NCBI GenBank assembly: GCA_973895155.1
Contig: OZ316892.1
Span: forward strand, 26,621,233 to 26,685,232
Direction: 5' to 3'
Length of the DNA stretch: 64,000 nucleotides
From: Marsupella aquatica
Taxonomy: Eukaryota > Plantae > Marchantiophyta
Below are positions 48,801-62,432 of the stretch, one piece after another. The translations under genes and the position numbers were made by a program. Within the stretch, counting starts at the first letter, position 1; each line of letters opens with the position of its first letter. Below the pieces are notes generated by a model. It had not been told where the DNA came from. It searched no databases and was given only the letters and a program-made list of their open reading frames with translations.

Positions 48801-51790
48801 CAAAGACAGTACCGATTGATTTGACACAAGAGAACTAATTAATCGAGCTCATGCATCTCGTATCGATGGTGAGTAAATATATGGACCTGTAGCAGAAGCT
48901 AGTACGTACCAGTTACACCGCACAAAGAGGTGGTGAGCGGTGGTGAGCGGTGGTGAGCGTATACGTCAAGCGACAGGAAGATCGAGAACGGGTACTTTGC
49001 AGCTCTTTGCATAAGCAAAAAGATGAGTGACTTGGTGTTGAACAGTTCACGTACCAACAATCCTACGGATCAGGCGACCAGAACAACTAGACGAGACATA
49101 TAACAAGATTCTTCGGAGTATACTCTTTTACAGAGCTTGAATGGGTTTGCAGGTGTCATTGCGAAGCCTTGAAGTTTTCACCTGTCAGTTTTCACCCAAT
49201 AGATGAAGATTTTACTGTTAAAAACATCAATGCATGTACTGTATAATCAGAACAGTCTCACCTAGTGCCAATTGATTGAGGAAATGATTGAATGGTAGCA
49301 GATCATCAAACCCAACGCTAGCTAAATAAATCACATCTATCATCTATTTCAAGTTTGGTCGTCAACATTCAAATAAATGTTCTTGATTCCATACTGGCTA
49401 TATATCTTAACGTGCCCGGTCCGCTAGTTAAGAGACAGCCAATATGGAATTACGAACATTTACTTGATTGTTTCCAATCCGCACCGATATTTAACTTTAA
49501 AACCTACTAAGCTGAAAAATTTTCGTTCAGTGTACGCGCAGGTAATGAGTCCACCCACGTTGTCAAGGTATCGACTACTTTCGATCACCACGAGTCCTAG
49601 TAGCAGGTGCTCAGATGACCGATCAACCGATCGCAGCTGGACGAATTAATCCTATATCGCAGCGCGCAACAGCATGGTGGTCCATCATCATTCATCATTT
49701 GGAGCTGGGAGTCCGAGGACGTCACATCGCCAAACCGATCCAGGAGGTCCTGAAAAATCGTCGTGTAGATGGGATATTAGCGATGATCATGCATCGTGAT
49801 GAAAGCACTTTACATTTCAAAGCACAGGAGGTGTTGATCATATATCGTATGCCAAGAAAAAGGAAGAGAATGGGTTTGCAGTTGTCATTGCGAAGCCTTG
49901 AAGCTTTCACCTGTCAGCTTTCACCCAATAGATGAAGATTTTACTGTTAAAGCATCAATGCACGTACTGTATAATCCGAACAGTTTCACCTAGTACCAAT
50001 TGATTGACGAAATGATTCAATGGTAGCAGATCATCAAACCGAATGCTAAATAAATCCTATCTGTCATCTACCTTCAAGTTTGGTCGTCAACATTCAAATA
50101 AATGTTCTTGATTACATCGTCCGCTAGTTAAGACACAGCCAATATATATGGAATCACGAACATTTACTTGATTGTTTCCAATCCGCACCGAAATTTAACT
50201 TTAAAACCTACTAAGCTGAGAAATCTTGGTTCATTGTACGTGGAGGTAATGAATCCACCCACGTTGTCAAGGTTTCAACTTCTTTCGATCACCATGAGTC
50301 CTAGTAGCAGGTGCTCAGAAGGCCGATCAACCGATCGCAGCTGGACGAATTAATTCTATATCGCAGCGCGCAGCAGCTTAGTGGCCCATCATCATTCGGA
50401 GCTGGGAGTCCGAGGATGTCACATCGCCAAACCGATCCAGGAGGTCCTGAAAATTCGTCATGTCGATGGGATATTAGCGATCAATAATCATGTATAGTGA
50501 TGAGAACACTGTACATATATATACACAGGAGGTGCTGAGCATCGTATTCCAAGAAACAGGAAGAGAACGGCTACTTTGCAACTCTTTGCAAAAGCAGAAG
50601 ATGAGTGACTTGGGGTTGCACAAGTAACTTACCGAGAATGCTAAGGATATATCAGGCGACCAGAACCACTAGACGAGACATATAACAAGATTCTTCGGAG
50701 TCCAGCCAAGCCCACGGCGAACGGTTTGGAGCAAGGTTTTGCGGAGTACTAGTACATATGTTAAGTTGCATTCGCGTGAATCTGGCCCACCTCCCATCTC
50801 CAGGCGGAAACAAACGAACTATAAATAATGTCTAATTTTGAATCCTCTGCTTTACGACATTGCATTAGACGTGTAGCTATAGCTCATCAGATTTTGATCC
50901 AACAAAACAATAGTAACTGAGTCATGCGCACAACATATTGAACTCTACATTGGCAGGAACTTGAAAGTCTACATACACGTACCGGCGTTGGGACTAGACC
51001 TTTAGTTCTTCATTAACTATATTGTGAAGTGTATCTAGAGAAAAATACATGAACGGAGTTGAGTACATCGCATACGTTGAGGTTGGAGATGTCCTCGCCT
51101 TCAACGTGCAAGAAGGGACTCGGAAAAGAACCATACTGACACCATTTGCTGACAAATCTATAACGAGATGCTAGGTAGTTTTCAATGCAAGTCTGCTGAG
51201 GATAGACACTAATCATCAAAGGCTCCATGTGCAAGAGGTACGTATGATTGTGCTAGACATCATTGATCATGTGCCAATACAGGTTTTCGATCGAGGTTGC
51301 AATTTTCCTCGTTCAATACCTGGTGTTTCAGACTTGCAAGCACATAACGAAAGTGTCGTTCCTACATGCAGCGAACAGTATGACCTGAATTGCAAACTAC
51401 AGCAACTCGTTCTTCATGAAAGGCGACTGTCATTCTGATGTTCTCCCGAGTCTCTTCCTGCACGTTGAAGGACGAGTAAATAGTCAGCTTGAACGCAAGC
51501 CATGTATAGAACTCCATTCAGATATCCTTCCCTAGCTTCGATGGTAACAGGCCGGACCTCGAGAGATATGTTCTAAAGCCTTATTCTCAGTTTTGTTTAG
51601 TGTTCCGAGACTTACATTGCAAAAATCCCCCGTCCCAAGGTATCCCGTCCACTACTTAATATACTCTCCAGTGCTGTTTATATATGCCCATAGATCTACA
51701 CTAATCCCTTTAAGTTTCTGACTTAGTTAAATCAAGCAACCGTCCTCTCTGTATATTGTTTTTGTGAATGGACTTCGCAAAAGAAAGTAG
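45863..51790 (+). repeat. Nested local segmental duplications
   Basis: 45863-47410 ~ 50205-51725; 49135-49870 ~ 49870-50560; 42695-43080 ~ 49125-49530; 47430-48910 ~ 56898-58390. Confidence 0.88.
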
Positions 51791-54700
51791 CAGTTCACCA
51801 AGCTGGTTTTTGTCTTGGCTGTGGCGTCCAACCATGCTATTAACTCTCAAAACCATGCTATAAGTGCAAGTAGAAAAGATTTTGCATGAACCAAAAATAT
51901 TATGTGAGCCCTTGTCTCATGGGATGCCTTGTCCACTAGCACTAGTGATATGGATTAGTGCATTTATTACTCTATATATGTACAAAAATATGGTCTTATC
52001 AGTATAAAGTATTTTATTACTCTGTAAACATGAAGGCCCTTATCATTATCGACAGGTCAATAGTACAAATTATGTATACATGATGCACTTAATATCTATG
52101 GTTTGGTTTTACTTCTTTGTTGTAACTTGTTGACTCACAAAAACAAATTCAATTGACATATACAGTTAGGTGGGGAATTAGCTAAAGGACAACCCCATAA
52201 AATGTAGTAAATTCTTCCCCAAAGTGAGTACAGCCTTTTAGGGAGGTGGAATCTAGCCAAAATTTTCACCACCATAAAAATGCACATCTTTGTTTCTCAT
52301 CACTCCCAATCAAGTGTTTACCACAAGATGCTCAGAACATTCTTGAAATTTAAGTCAGGTCCAAATTTGCTATTATTGTGATGCGGCAAGACATATTGTC
52401 TATACATGGTGTTGTGAAACCTAACCCTAAACCCCTAAACCCAAATGGTAACAAGGGCTACAATCATTTTTCAGCGTTAACTGTATAAAAGCAAGAGGTT
52501 ACCAGTGATAAGCCTCTCTATTCTCCTATAATTGGTAAAAGCACAAAACCATGAAATTGCATTTACCAAAAAATGCATGGGTTGCCTGATCTTGGCAAGG
52601 TTCTTGGTAGAGTTAAGAGTGCATAAATTAGGTACGGAAATGTAATGTTGATGAAAGGGGGGGGGGGGGTGTTCCACCTTAACCCATGATGTCATCTGTA
52701 CTGAGGAAGGGGGGGTTCCACCTTAACCCATGATGTCATCTGTACTGAGGAAGTTGCATAGTGTGGACATACTATGGTAAGTCCACTTCTTCATTTTACA
52801 AAGCATTGGACAGTAACATCACTTGTAACGTGCAATTTTCTCATTTTGTAATAAACTTGCTTTGTTTTTGGGATTCTATGTGTGATCTGGGTATATATAT
52901 TATTTATATCATTTACCAAGTGCACGGGGAGTTTTTACTCCTACTATTGTTCATTCACTTTCAAATTGTGGTGCTCAATCTGCCATCCTCAACACAACTT
53001 GGTATCAACAACTTGGTATCAATCCCTGTGACCCTCGGATACCTACACATACATTAAACAAAGGGATTGATAAGTGCAGTTTTTAGGGGGTGTGCGCTTA
53101 TGAAGGAATGAAACACCTGTCTAATGCATGCCAGTTCAGACTTCCCAATTGCGGTGCACTTAGAGAGAGTTAAATGTTTTGAGTGCAAAGTCAAGCATGT
53201 CCCAGATAAAGGGGACCTCAGAAGGCCATTGGCATCCCATGAGGGACTTGTCTGGCGTCCACTCCTTTTGCCTGGAAAGATGCTTGACTTTGGTCCTTTT
53301 GGTCTGACCTCAAACTTCTCTTGGTATGCATGAAAGGCTGTACGTCCATGTATATATGGCCATAAATTTCAACATATTGTGACTTCCCAAACCCTGTTTC
53401 AAACCAACAACTGATACACTAATTAACCATTTGTTATTGAAACCAAATTATATAGCATTCCGGGATAGCATTTTTCAGTGAAGGAGACTACAACCAAACT
53501 AGCCAAAAAAAATTAATCTCAGTTAAACTTGCTTAGTATTTATATTCTAGCTTATATCCAGAAAGCAAGAGAAAAGAGAAAAACCAAGCAGTTTACATTA
53601 CGCTACTCAAAATTAATGTTCTTGAGGTGGAGAACCTAGATCTTTTTAAAGTTTAAAAGAAAAATTTAGAGGCAACCTTTTAGGTCATAATTATAAAAAT
53701 GTAGGTCACCCCTGCCTATCATACAAGGGTTGTGCAAGCAAGATTATACCTCTACTTATTCCTAGCAGCTACAATTTTTCATATTCCAAATGTAGCAATC
53801 CATCTGTTTGACTTGTTTCATTGAGCAGCATGCATGGGACTCCTACTGTAGCTGCATGGGCCTGAACTGCGGGTGGTTTTGTTTAGCAACATAAATAAAT
53901 AATTCGATTTTACCTTTTGAGTTCAGATAAATCGATCCCAATAAGATCGATCTTCATTAATTTATGAAAGGAAGTTTGGTTACACGTAATGTTTGTCATC
54001 CTGGATGGTTCAAATGCAATCAATGTTCTCATGGATCCCATGGAAGCCTAATTAGAAATCCTAACCATTGATTTAGAGCATCAGAACTATCCAATCGAGC
54101 ATGTGAAGGCAGCTTAGAAATTCTATTTTGATCAGAGCTGCATACTAAGGTCTAGTCATTTCTTGACTCTACTTTTAATACGCAACGTAATTTGTCTAAT
54201 TACACAATAAAGAGTCACTTTGACGTTGTAAGTTGAGTGAGCTCCAATGGTTCACAAAAAAGTAACCAATAGACTTCCTCTTAAAGAATGAGTGGCAAAC
54301 GTCGTAACTCCCTGTTCCCAATTGCAAAAAACCCAATAAAGGGGGAAAATAAAGGAGAAACCAGAAAAAGGCAAGAGCCAAAAAGACTAGGGGGCAAAAT
54401 TATGCTGAAAAGCCTACATGGCCAGAGAACAAAGGCCCCACCAAACAGACAAAGAACAAGAGCCCTATGAAACCATGTACTGAAACTGTTGGTAGAGCTC
54501 CAGGGTGAATAACATAGGAGGGTCATGAAGAGGAAGTTGACTAGAAGCCCTAAATCCAAGAGCCTCAGCCAATCAACGATGGTGAAGGTCAGGGCAAACT
54601 ACCTAAACTAACTGCCTAAAACCTAGTGATCCCAATCAAACACCTCCTTATAACTCACGTTGGGAGCACAGAAGAAAATATTGTGCTATACAACTAAAAT

Positions 54701-55066
54701 CACAAGTTTGGATTGTGTGTGTCCGGGATAAGCTGTCCATCCAGGCTTGTGGTCAAAGTTCTGTGTCCAGCTGGACTTTAAGTTCCCTTGTGACATGCTC
54801 ATCATGGAACAGGCTTCACTTTTTGACTTGTAGTAATTTGTGAATGATTTCATAGTGTCTTAGAAAAGTAGATTTCCAACTTTCATTATTCTTTTTACAT
54901 TTTTGTGACTTGATAAAGGTACGATAACACACGTAGATTGAGCGAATTCAGCGTCCACGTCATACACATCCTACTAATACTAATGACAAAGTTTTTGAAA
55001 TTCCCAAGGCTCAACTTGAGTACTCAATTTCTTCCTACTTCGTAATAAGTGAAAACCCTTGATAAG

Positions 55067-56708
55067 AAAAAAATATACACATACTTTATACAGAAAAAGG
55101 CCAAATAGAGTACAAAAGAATAAACAAGAGAGGTCCCAAGTGGACAAAACCAAACGCAAAAGAAGTGAGCAAAAGGAAACCCTAAAAACCAAGAAAGAGG
55201 AACTAAAAGAAGTGAGCAAAAAGAAACCCCTAAAAACCAAGAAAGAGTAACTAAAACTACCGCAAATGGACCGAGGTCCTCATCATACCTAGCAAATGTG
55301 GCAACAAGCTAGTGGTCTACATCAAATGTCGAAACTAGATCGGCAAGTGGGACAGGAATGTCCTCTAGGGGGGCTAGCCGGTGCGGAGTCACACTAGCAC
55401 CCACTGTCAGAGATCGACGATAGACGGCCCGAGCTTGAGCACGCTGTAAGGTGACTGAAATGCGTTGGCGAAAGTGCGTGGTCAAAACAGATAGCGGGGG
55501 CCCGGTGGGACCCATCCGGCCGTGAACATCCCGAGCAGCTTGGCGAAGAAGCCCGTCGAACTGATGATGGAGACGCCCAAATATCTCAAGAGCAAGGGGC
55601 AAGAAGCTATCAGATGAAGCTCGTGCAGCATATTTGGCCTCCTTCGTTGTTGCTGCTCGTGATGCTGCTGCCCCTGCCGTTGTTGCCGCTGTCCCAATGA
55701 TGTCTTGGCGCAATGGGTTTGCCACCACTACATCTGCCAAAGTATGGTGACCGTCACGGACCATGGTAAGATCCACCCGTAACCGCTGTGATGGAGGACC
55801 AGGTAACTCGAGCACCACCTCCCGCCGCGCGCAGACCAAAGAGCCAGAGAGAACCTGAGCAGTCGCATCTCTCACAGCGTCATGAACAAAAATGGTTTCG
55901 CCGCCCAAACTGCATCGAAGAAGATGGACACCTGTGGCATCACAAGGCTTCCCACAACTGCAAGTAGGAGGTAAACCAGCAAGAAGTGGGTGGGGCAAGC
56001 CCATACGAAGACGCATGGCTGTCACAAACTCCGCTAAAGACATCCGCAGGTGAGGAATGACTGGATTGGCCTGAAGCCAGCCTCCTGCGCCTTTCCCCCC
56101 GGAAGAAAGAATCCGAGCTCGGTCCGTGGCAGGTGCCTCGGTGAGGATGCTGGAAAGGGTGAAAGCGTGCATACGCCCAGCAAGGTATGCCTGAAGACGG
56201 ACGGGGTCCAAGGATAAAAACTCTTGGAATGAAGGTAACGCAGCTCGAACAGGATCGGGTAATGATGACCGCGCCGTGCGCAAATGAACCTGAAATGGGA
56301 GGGAACCCTCCTCGACCTCCATGAGGGATGAAAGTAAAAAAGGTCGATCCTCAGTAAGGAAACGATCAGCCAACAATGAGAAGGCGGCCGCCCACGCGCC
56401 CAAGAAGGCCAAAGGTGCAAGGCGCTCAGTGGAAGTAAGCCCAAAACCACCGTGAGAAATAGGAAGACTGAGCTGTCGATGAAGCCATGGAGATGAGAGT
56501 AAAGTACCTGGCCCTAAAAGAGAGGCCAAAGTCTCACGAATGGAGACATCAAACGCTTGGAGGTGTAGATAAAGATCCTCGGTAGGGGGATGTGTCCGAG
56601 CCAAATAGGATGCACGAGGGTGGATGCATCTCAACAACAACCCAAATGCTGCCTGAGAGTCTGCTAACTTAGGGAGCATAGGAGTAGGGGCTAAGCCAGC
56701 CTGGAGAG
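55067..56708 (-). mobile_element. 5'-truncated non-LTR retrotransposon with restriction-like endonuclease (CRE-like clade)
   Basis: Open frame to the stop at 55309: RT thumb QLSLPISHGGFGL, CSCG...HLLRC..HDAVRD, RVD...DV, KEAKY, PLALEIFG. T-rich 3' UTR with a ~45-bp duplication. Flanking direct repeat ccttgataag at 55057-55066 and 56709-56718. Confidence 0.88.
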
Positions 56709-58429
56709 CCTTGATAAGTGTCCATATACACTGAATCCTGATAAGCGCAGAAATCCCATCACTCACTCAAAGGCATTTAGGAAGATATAATTATGTTTCA
56801 TGAAACCAGTAGCTAGAAAACTTTTCTAAACATATGGACCCAGGAAACTTTTCTTAGAGTTTGGACCCCATGAAAATGTCATTTGAAGAAAACATCCATC
56901 TAATCTACCCAAAGGTCCATTGTTGGCCAGTTACCCTGGCCTGAACGGGTTCTCTGATGGTTTTGCAAACATCACGGGTTGCTGTTATCCTACTAATAAT
57001 TAGCAAAGGGAAGCTATTTTATAGTCTGAAGCCTAGACACTAACTCTCAATAAGAACATAAGTGACAAAACTTAAAATGAGGGTGCTTCAAAAAGACACA
57101 GCAAAGATTAAGGTGGACAAATCTAAGATTGACTCAGATAAATAGATAAAACTGAAATCAAGATGGACAAACACAAGAATGGGGCAAACAAAATGAACAG
57201 TACTTTTTTTTGCAATATTGTTTGTTTGTCTATCGAGCGAGTAATACTGCTAGTCAAATAATTAATACTCGACAACATCCGATAGCTCCGTTCTAAAATG
57301 TCGCTCGCGCGCGTCCTACAAACCAACGTGCAGCAGATCCTTATTCAGACTAATTAAGTACATCCGATCAGTTGAGTCTCAATGTCGATCAAGGATTCAA
57401 GGCAACTTCATTCTTCGCCCTTGAAGCTTTGTTCGTTGAATGATACATTGAACTTACTAGCGCACAAACTGCATACACGCATATTAAATCGCGATCTCTC
57501 ATCTTGCGCTCGCGCAGTGCAAAACTTGAGTTGGATATATCCACGGCTCTAATCTGCACAAGGAGCAAAACTTGAGATGGATATATCCACGACTCTAATC
57601 TGCACAAGGAGCAAAACTTGAAATGGATTACACAACCATACCTGCACAACGAAACAGCCCTTCTTAGCCGGTAATAGGTGAATGATGATACAAATTCCAA
57701 ACAGCGAAGGTTCCTGGCATGTAATTAATGAAGTCGTCCTGGCTGCTAGTGTAGTTGAGCATTGACGACCAAAGTTGAACGTCAATAGCGTACCCACAGT
57801 CATGGACTACAATTATGCACTCCACAGTTTGATGATCGATCTGCGCCCATTGAGTCGTTTCCCTGATGAATTGGCATTAGATGAAACTGTCCTGATGTAC
57901 ATCGACGTTACGTTCGCGGGAGATCAAGACCTGTGTTTGTGGCCAAACTAGCTCAAACGGGAAGTAGCTCAAGAGCGTGTTATGGTTTTGAGAAATTCAA
58001 ACCTACCAACGTCCCTTGATCGAATGAGCGTATGCATCCTGAACGGATGCATCAACGAATCAAGCCCGCATCGTACCCTTTGACGTCAAATGAAAGTGTC
58101 ACCGCTTCTAACGACTCAACTAACAACTAATCTACTTGATGCAAATCGAACTCGATTACTATTTTATCGATCGTGAGGAAGTCATGCACCTAGAACAGAT
58201 ACGCACTAGCCACCCAATCAGGCCCCATTGAAGCTAGCCAGGAAACCATTTGTTATACTTCTGCAATGTGCATTCACAAAGTACCGATCGATTTGACCCA
58301 AGAGAACTGATCGACCTCACGCAAATCGAGCTCATGCATCTCGTATTGATGGTGAGTAAATGGACCTGTAGCAGAATTACGTACGAGTTACGACGTTAAG
58401 CCGCCGCACGACGATGTTTTGCTGCTGCA

Positions 58430-59635
58430 ATGGATAGGAAAGTTGCACACAAAGAAAACATCACATCGGAGACAACGAGTGCGGCTGATCATGATGAAGC
58501 GGCCATATCAACGAGTACCCTTCCGGTCAAAAAGAGATACCGAGGAGTCCTCGAGCCGTGGTCATCACGCTCCACATCTCAGTCGCTTGATTCCATCAAC
58601 TTCTCTGAAGCGGGCTCTGAAGCTGCCATATCAGCAAGTACGCTTCCGGTCAAGAAGAGATACCGAGGAGTCCTCGAGCAGTGGGCATCACGCTCCACAG
58701 CTCAGTCGCTTGATTCCATCAACTTCTCTGAAGCGGGCTCTGAAGCTGCCATATCAGCAAGTACGCTTCCGGTAAAAAAGAGATACCGAGGAGTCCTCGA
58801 GCAGTGGTCATCACGCTCCACAGCCCAGTCGCTTGATTCCATCAACTTCTCTGAAGTGGGCTCTGAAGCGGCTTCTACCGCGTCCTATGATGAATATGGA
58901 GCACATGTAGCACACGGCAGCCTGTGTCATCGTTTACCTCGAGACAAATCGAACGCGAATCCAGGGAAACTCCTTGCTCATGAGCCTCTAGCGCAGAAAC
59001 CCTGGGGAGCAAACCTGCTGCAGGGGAAGTTCTCTCGAACTACACCAGTCCCAAGAGCAGCTGTACAGATAACGGAGCAACCGATCGCAGCTGGACGGAT
59101 TGATCCGATATCGCAGCAACAACATGGTGGTCCATCTTCATTTCCGGGAGCCAGATCGAACTCGGATCAAGGGAAATTTCTCGCTCATAAACCTCCAGCG
59201 CGACAGCCCTGGGGAGCAAACGTACTGCACGGGAAGTTCTCTCGAACTCCACGAGTCCCAAGAGCAGCTGCACAGACATCGGATCAACCGATCGCAGCTG
59301 GACGAATTGATCCGATATTGCAGCAACACCATGCTGCTCCATCTAAGTCATTTTCAGGAACCAAATTAATCTCGAATTCCGGGAAGTTGCTTGCTTATGA
59401 GACTGCACCGCAGAAACCTCGGGGAGTAAAGCTGCTGCAGGGGAAGTTCTTTCGAACTCCACGAGTCCCAAAAGCAGGTGCACAGATAACGGATCAACCG
59501 ATCACAGCTGAACAAACTGGTCCGATATCGCAGCAACACCACGGTAGTCCATCTTCGTTTTTGAAGCCATATCGAACTCCAATCCAGGGAAATACGTTGC
59601 TCATGAGCCTCCAGCGCAGAAGCCTTGGGGAGTAA
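58430..59635 (+). CDS. Orphan repeat protein: 3x 41-aa LPVKKRYR repeats + ~70-aa GK..AH/GKFSRTP/QPIAAG repeats
   Basis: 401-aa ATG-initiated ORF whose repeat lengths keep frame. Further repeat units continue to ~60120 after frameshifts. No family recognised and expression is unknown. Confidence 0.55.
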   Translation: MDRKVAHKENITSETTSAADHDEAAISTSTLPVKKRYRGVLEPWSSRSTSQSLDSINFSEAGSEAAISASTLPVKKRYRGVLEQWASRSTAQSLDSINFSEAGSEAAISASTLPVKKRYRGVLEQWSSRSTAQSLDSINFSEVGSEAASTASYDEYGAHVAHGSLCHRLPRDKSNANPGKLLAHEPLAQKPWGANLLQGKFSRTTPVPRAAVQITEQPIAAGRIDPISQQQHGGPSSFPGARSNSDQGKFLAHKPPARQPWGANVLHGKFSRTPRVPRAAAQTSDQPIAAGRIDPILQQHHAAPSKSFSGTKLISNSGKLLAYETAPQKPRGVKLLQGKFFRTPRVPKAGAQITDQPITAEQTGPISQQHHGSPSSFLKPYRTPIQGNTLLMSLQRRSLGE

Positions 59636-62432
59636 AGCTGTCGCAGAGAAAGTTCTCTCGAGCACCAGAAGTCCCATTAGCAGCTGCTCAGATAACAGAT
59701 CAACCGCTCGCAGCTGGACGATATGATCGGATATCGCAGCAACACCATGGTGTTCCATCTTCATTTCCCCCACCCAAATGGAACTCGTATCGAGGGAATT
59801 TCTTTGCCCATCAGCCTCCAGCGCAGAAACCTCGCGGAGAGGGCTGCCTCAGGGGAAGTTCTACCAAACACCACGAGTCCCAATAGCAGCTGCTCAGATA
59901 GCCGGTCGACCGGTTTATCGTAGCTGCACATATGATCAGATATCGCAGCAACAGTACGGTGGTCCATCTTCATTTAGTATAAGGGGGCTGCCTCAGGGGA
60001 AGTTCTACCAAACACCACGAGTCCCAATAGCAGCTGCTCAGATAGCCGATCGACCGGTTTATCGTAGCTGCACATATGATCAGATATCGCAGCAACAGTA
60101 CGGTGGTCCATCGATCTTCATTTAGTCCAAGGACGTCACACCGCCAAATCAATCCAGCCTTCCTGAAAGCATCGCACCTTAGGTCGTTGTGAGGATACGA
60201 TGCTCATCGTGATGCGAGGACTGTGCACAGCTCAAGAGGTGGCAAGCATCGTACGCCAAGTGACAGGAAGCAACAGCTACTGTGTTGGCATAATTCACCA
60301 GAAGATGAGTGACTTGAAGTGACCACCGGGAATACTACGGAGGCGACCAGAACCACTGGACGAGAATTATAACAAGATGCTTGGAAGGCCAGCCAGCCCA
60401 CGTACGGTGGGCCGTCTCGAGCAAGGTTTCCAGGAGTAGAAAGTAGGTTAGTTAGTGGCATCCATTCAGTTTAGGATGCACACCTAGGGTACTAGCGAGC
60501 AAAGCGGTGCTTTCCGATGCCGATCGATGTCCTGGTAGAAATGACTAGAGCATTCAATCCATTCAAAAGATTGCGTGATGATTCTTAGATCAAGTTGGTA
60601 CAGATCTTATAAGGTCATATGAGGCATTCTGAATGCCTCTATGGATCATCGTGTATATGAAATATTGTATATATTCTTTGAACTGTTATAAAATGCTGTA
60701 TATATTCTCTGAACCTGTTATCTAAAGAGATTTCCCGCACTGGACCTGGAGAAAGGATCGGGCCAGTGCAAGGCCCTCCATGTCCACCTAGGCAAACTCA
60801 GTCTGGGCCTTTCATTTAGAGTTTTACGCCTTGGATAGATCGAGATAGTAGCGCAGAACTTGTACGTATTTTAAATTGTGATTTCTCATCTTGGGCTCGC
60901 ACTGCATCTGCGAAACCTGACAAGGTGGGTGGACTCATTAATTGCCTGCACATGCACATGCAGGGAACCAGGATATTTGAGCTTAATCATTTTTCAGTTG
61001 GATTTAGGTGCGAATCGGAAACAGTGAACTAAATGTTCTGGATTACAATTGAAACTGTGTCTGGAACTCGTCCGGGCCGCTAGTGTAGTTGAATATTGAT
61101 GACCAATTAAGCTTGTAGGTCGTTAACTACCGACCTAAAGGTTACTTAGCACGGGGTTTGACGATCTGCTACGAATGGGTCATTCCGCCAATCAATTGGC
61201 GTGAGGTGAAACTGTTCTGACCATGTTCATCGGTGCTTTTCAAAGTAAGATCTTCATCGACATGGTGAAAGTCTGAAAGCTTCGTAATGTCAACTGCAAA
61301 CCCCAGTGTTGTGAAAGAGTCAACTAGCAATAATAATTGTCATGCCCCTACTAAAATTTAAACCGAGATCCCAACAGTGGGCCTCTTCGGAATTTCCAAT
61401 ATTTACTTGAAGACCTCGATCAGTTTTGAACTCTAGCTACTTAACAGTATCCTCCGAGGCCCTAAGTTACTCATATAATTAATCGCAGCTCGGAGTACTG
61501 AGTGGACAGTTCTGATATAGTACGTAGACAAGTTTGACACCAGGCACCTCCATCGATCCCTGCTTCCGCGCAACAAACGAATGTGCAAGAGATCTAGTTG
61601 CCCTTGAGCTGGTTTGTAGCTCAGATATTCAATGAGCAATCATTATCGGGTTTGGGCGAGCCATGATCTATTCGGAGAGCTTGATAAGTTGCAAACGCGT
61701 GAGCCAAAAGTTTGGCCAGATGTTCTCCAGGAAGTTCTATACGAAGGGCCATATCGTGAGTCGATGAGCCAGATCGTTCACGGAAGATATTGTACCAATA
61801 GACGTACCGGTTATTTACTCAAGTCTTGTAACGTTTCGACTACTCCGATCAAAAACATGAACGAATCGGATTTCTTTCACTCTCTACGGTGGTTTCGGAG
61901 AACCGACTGGGCTGTGACGGGTCCACGTGAAGTCGAAACTGTCTAGCGCTCCAACTGGCCCATCCGCAAAAATTGTTCGTCATAGTCAAATGACTTCAAT
62001 TCAGATTGAATGTATAATTTAAACCTACCAACGTCCCCTCCATTAGCGTCCGCTTCCTGAACGGATCCACGAACTGATCAAACCTGTAGAGTAAACTAAA
62101 CCTTCAATACCTTCAACGACTCAATGAATAGCACTTGATCCGATTGATTCGGCTCAACTAGAGGTCCACCCATATCGTATGAAGAGTGAGGAAATGCACC
62201 GCACAGATACGTACATCCAGCCATCTAGTCAGGTCTCTGTCCATGGAGGACGTTGCGCTGCCTGCCGCAATGTATACCAAAATTACTCATCGATTCGATT
62301 TAAGAGAGAAGAGAACCGATTCACTTCACGCAAATCGAGCTTGCATATCGTATTCATAATGCACCCTGTAGCAGAAGTACATACTAGCTATGTCATTAAG
62401 CCGCCAAAGGAGGATGACGGTTGTGCTGCTGC

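Noticed and set aside
52418-52446. Interstitial telomere repeat
   Set aside because: Only about three imperfect ccctaaa units, which are common in plant genomes.
56709-56766. N-terminus of the 485-aa ORF as a true start
   Set aside because: It lies in or beyond the putative TSD and starts at a non-ATG codon; this is read-through from flanking DNA into a 5'-truncated element.
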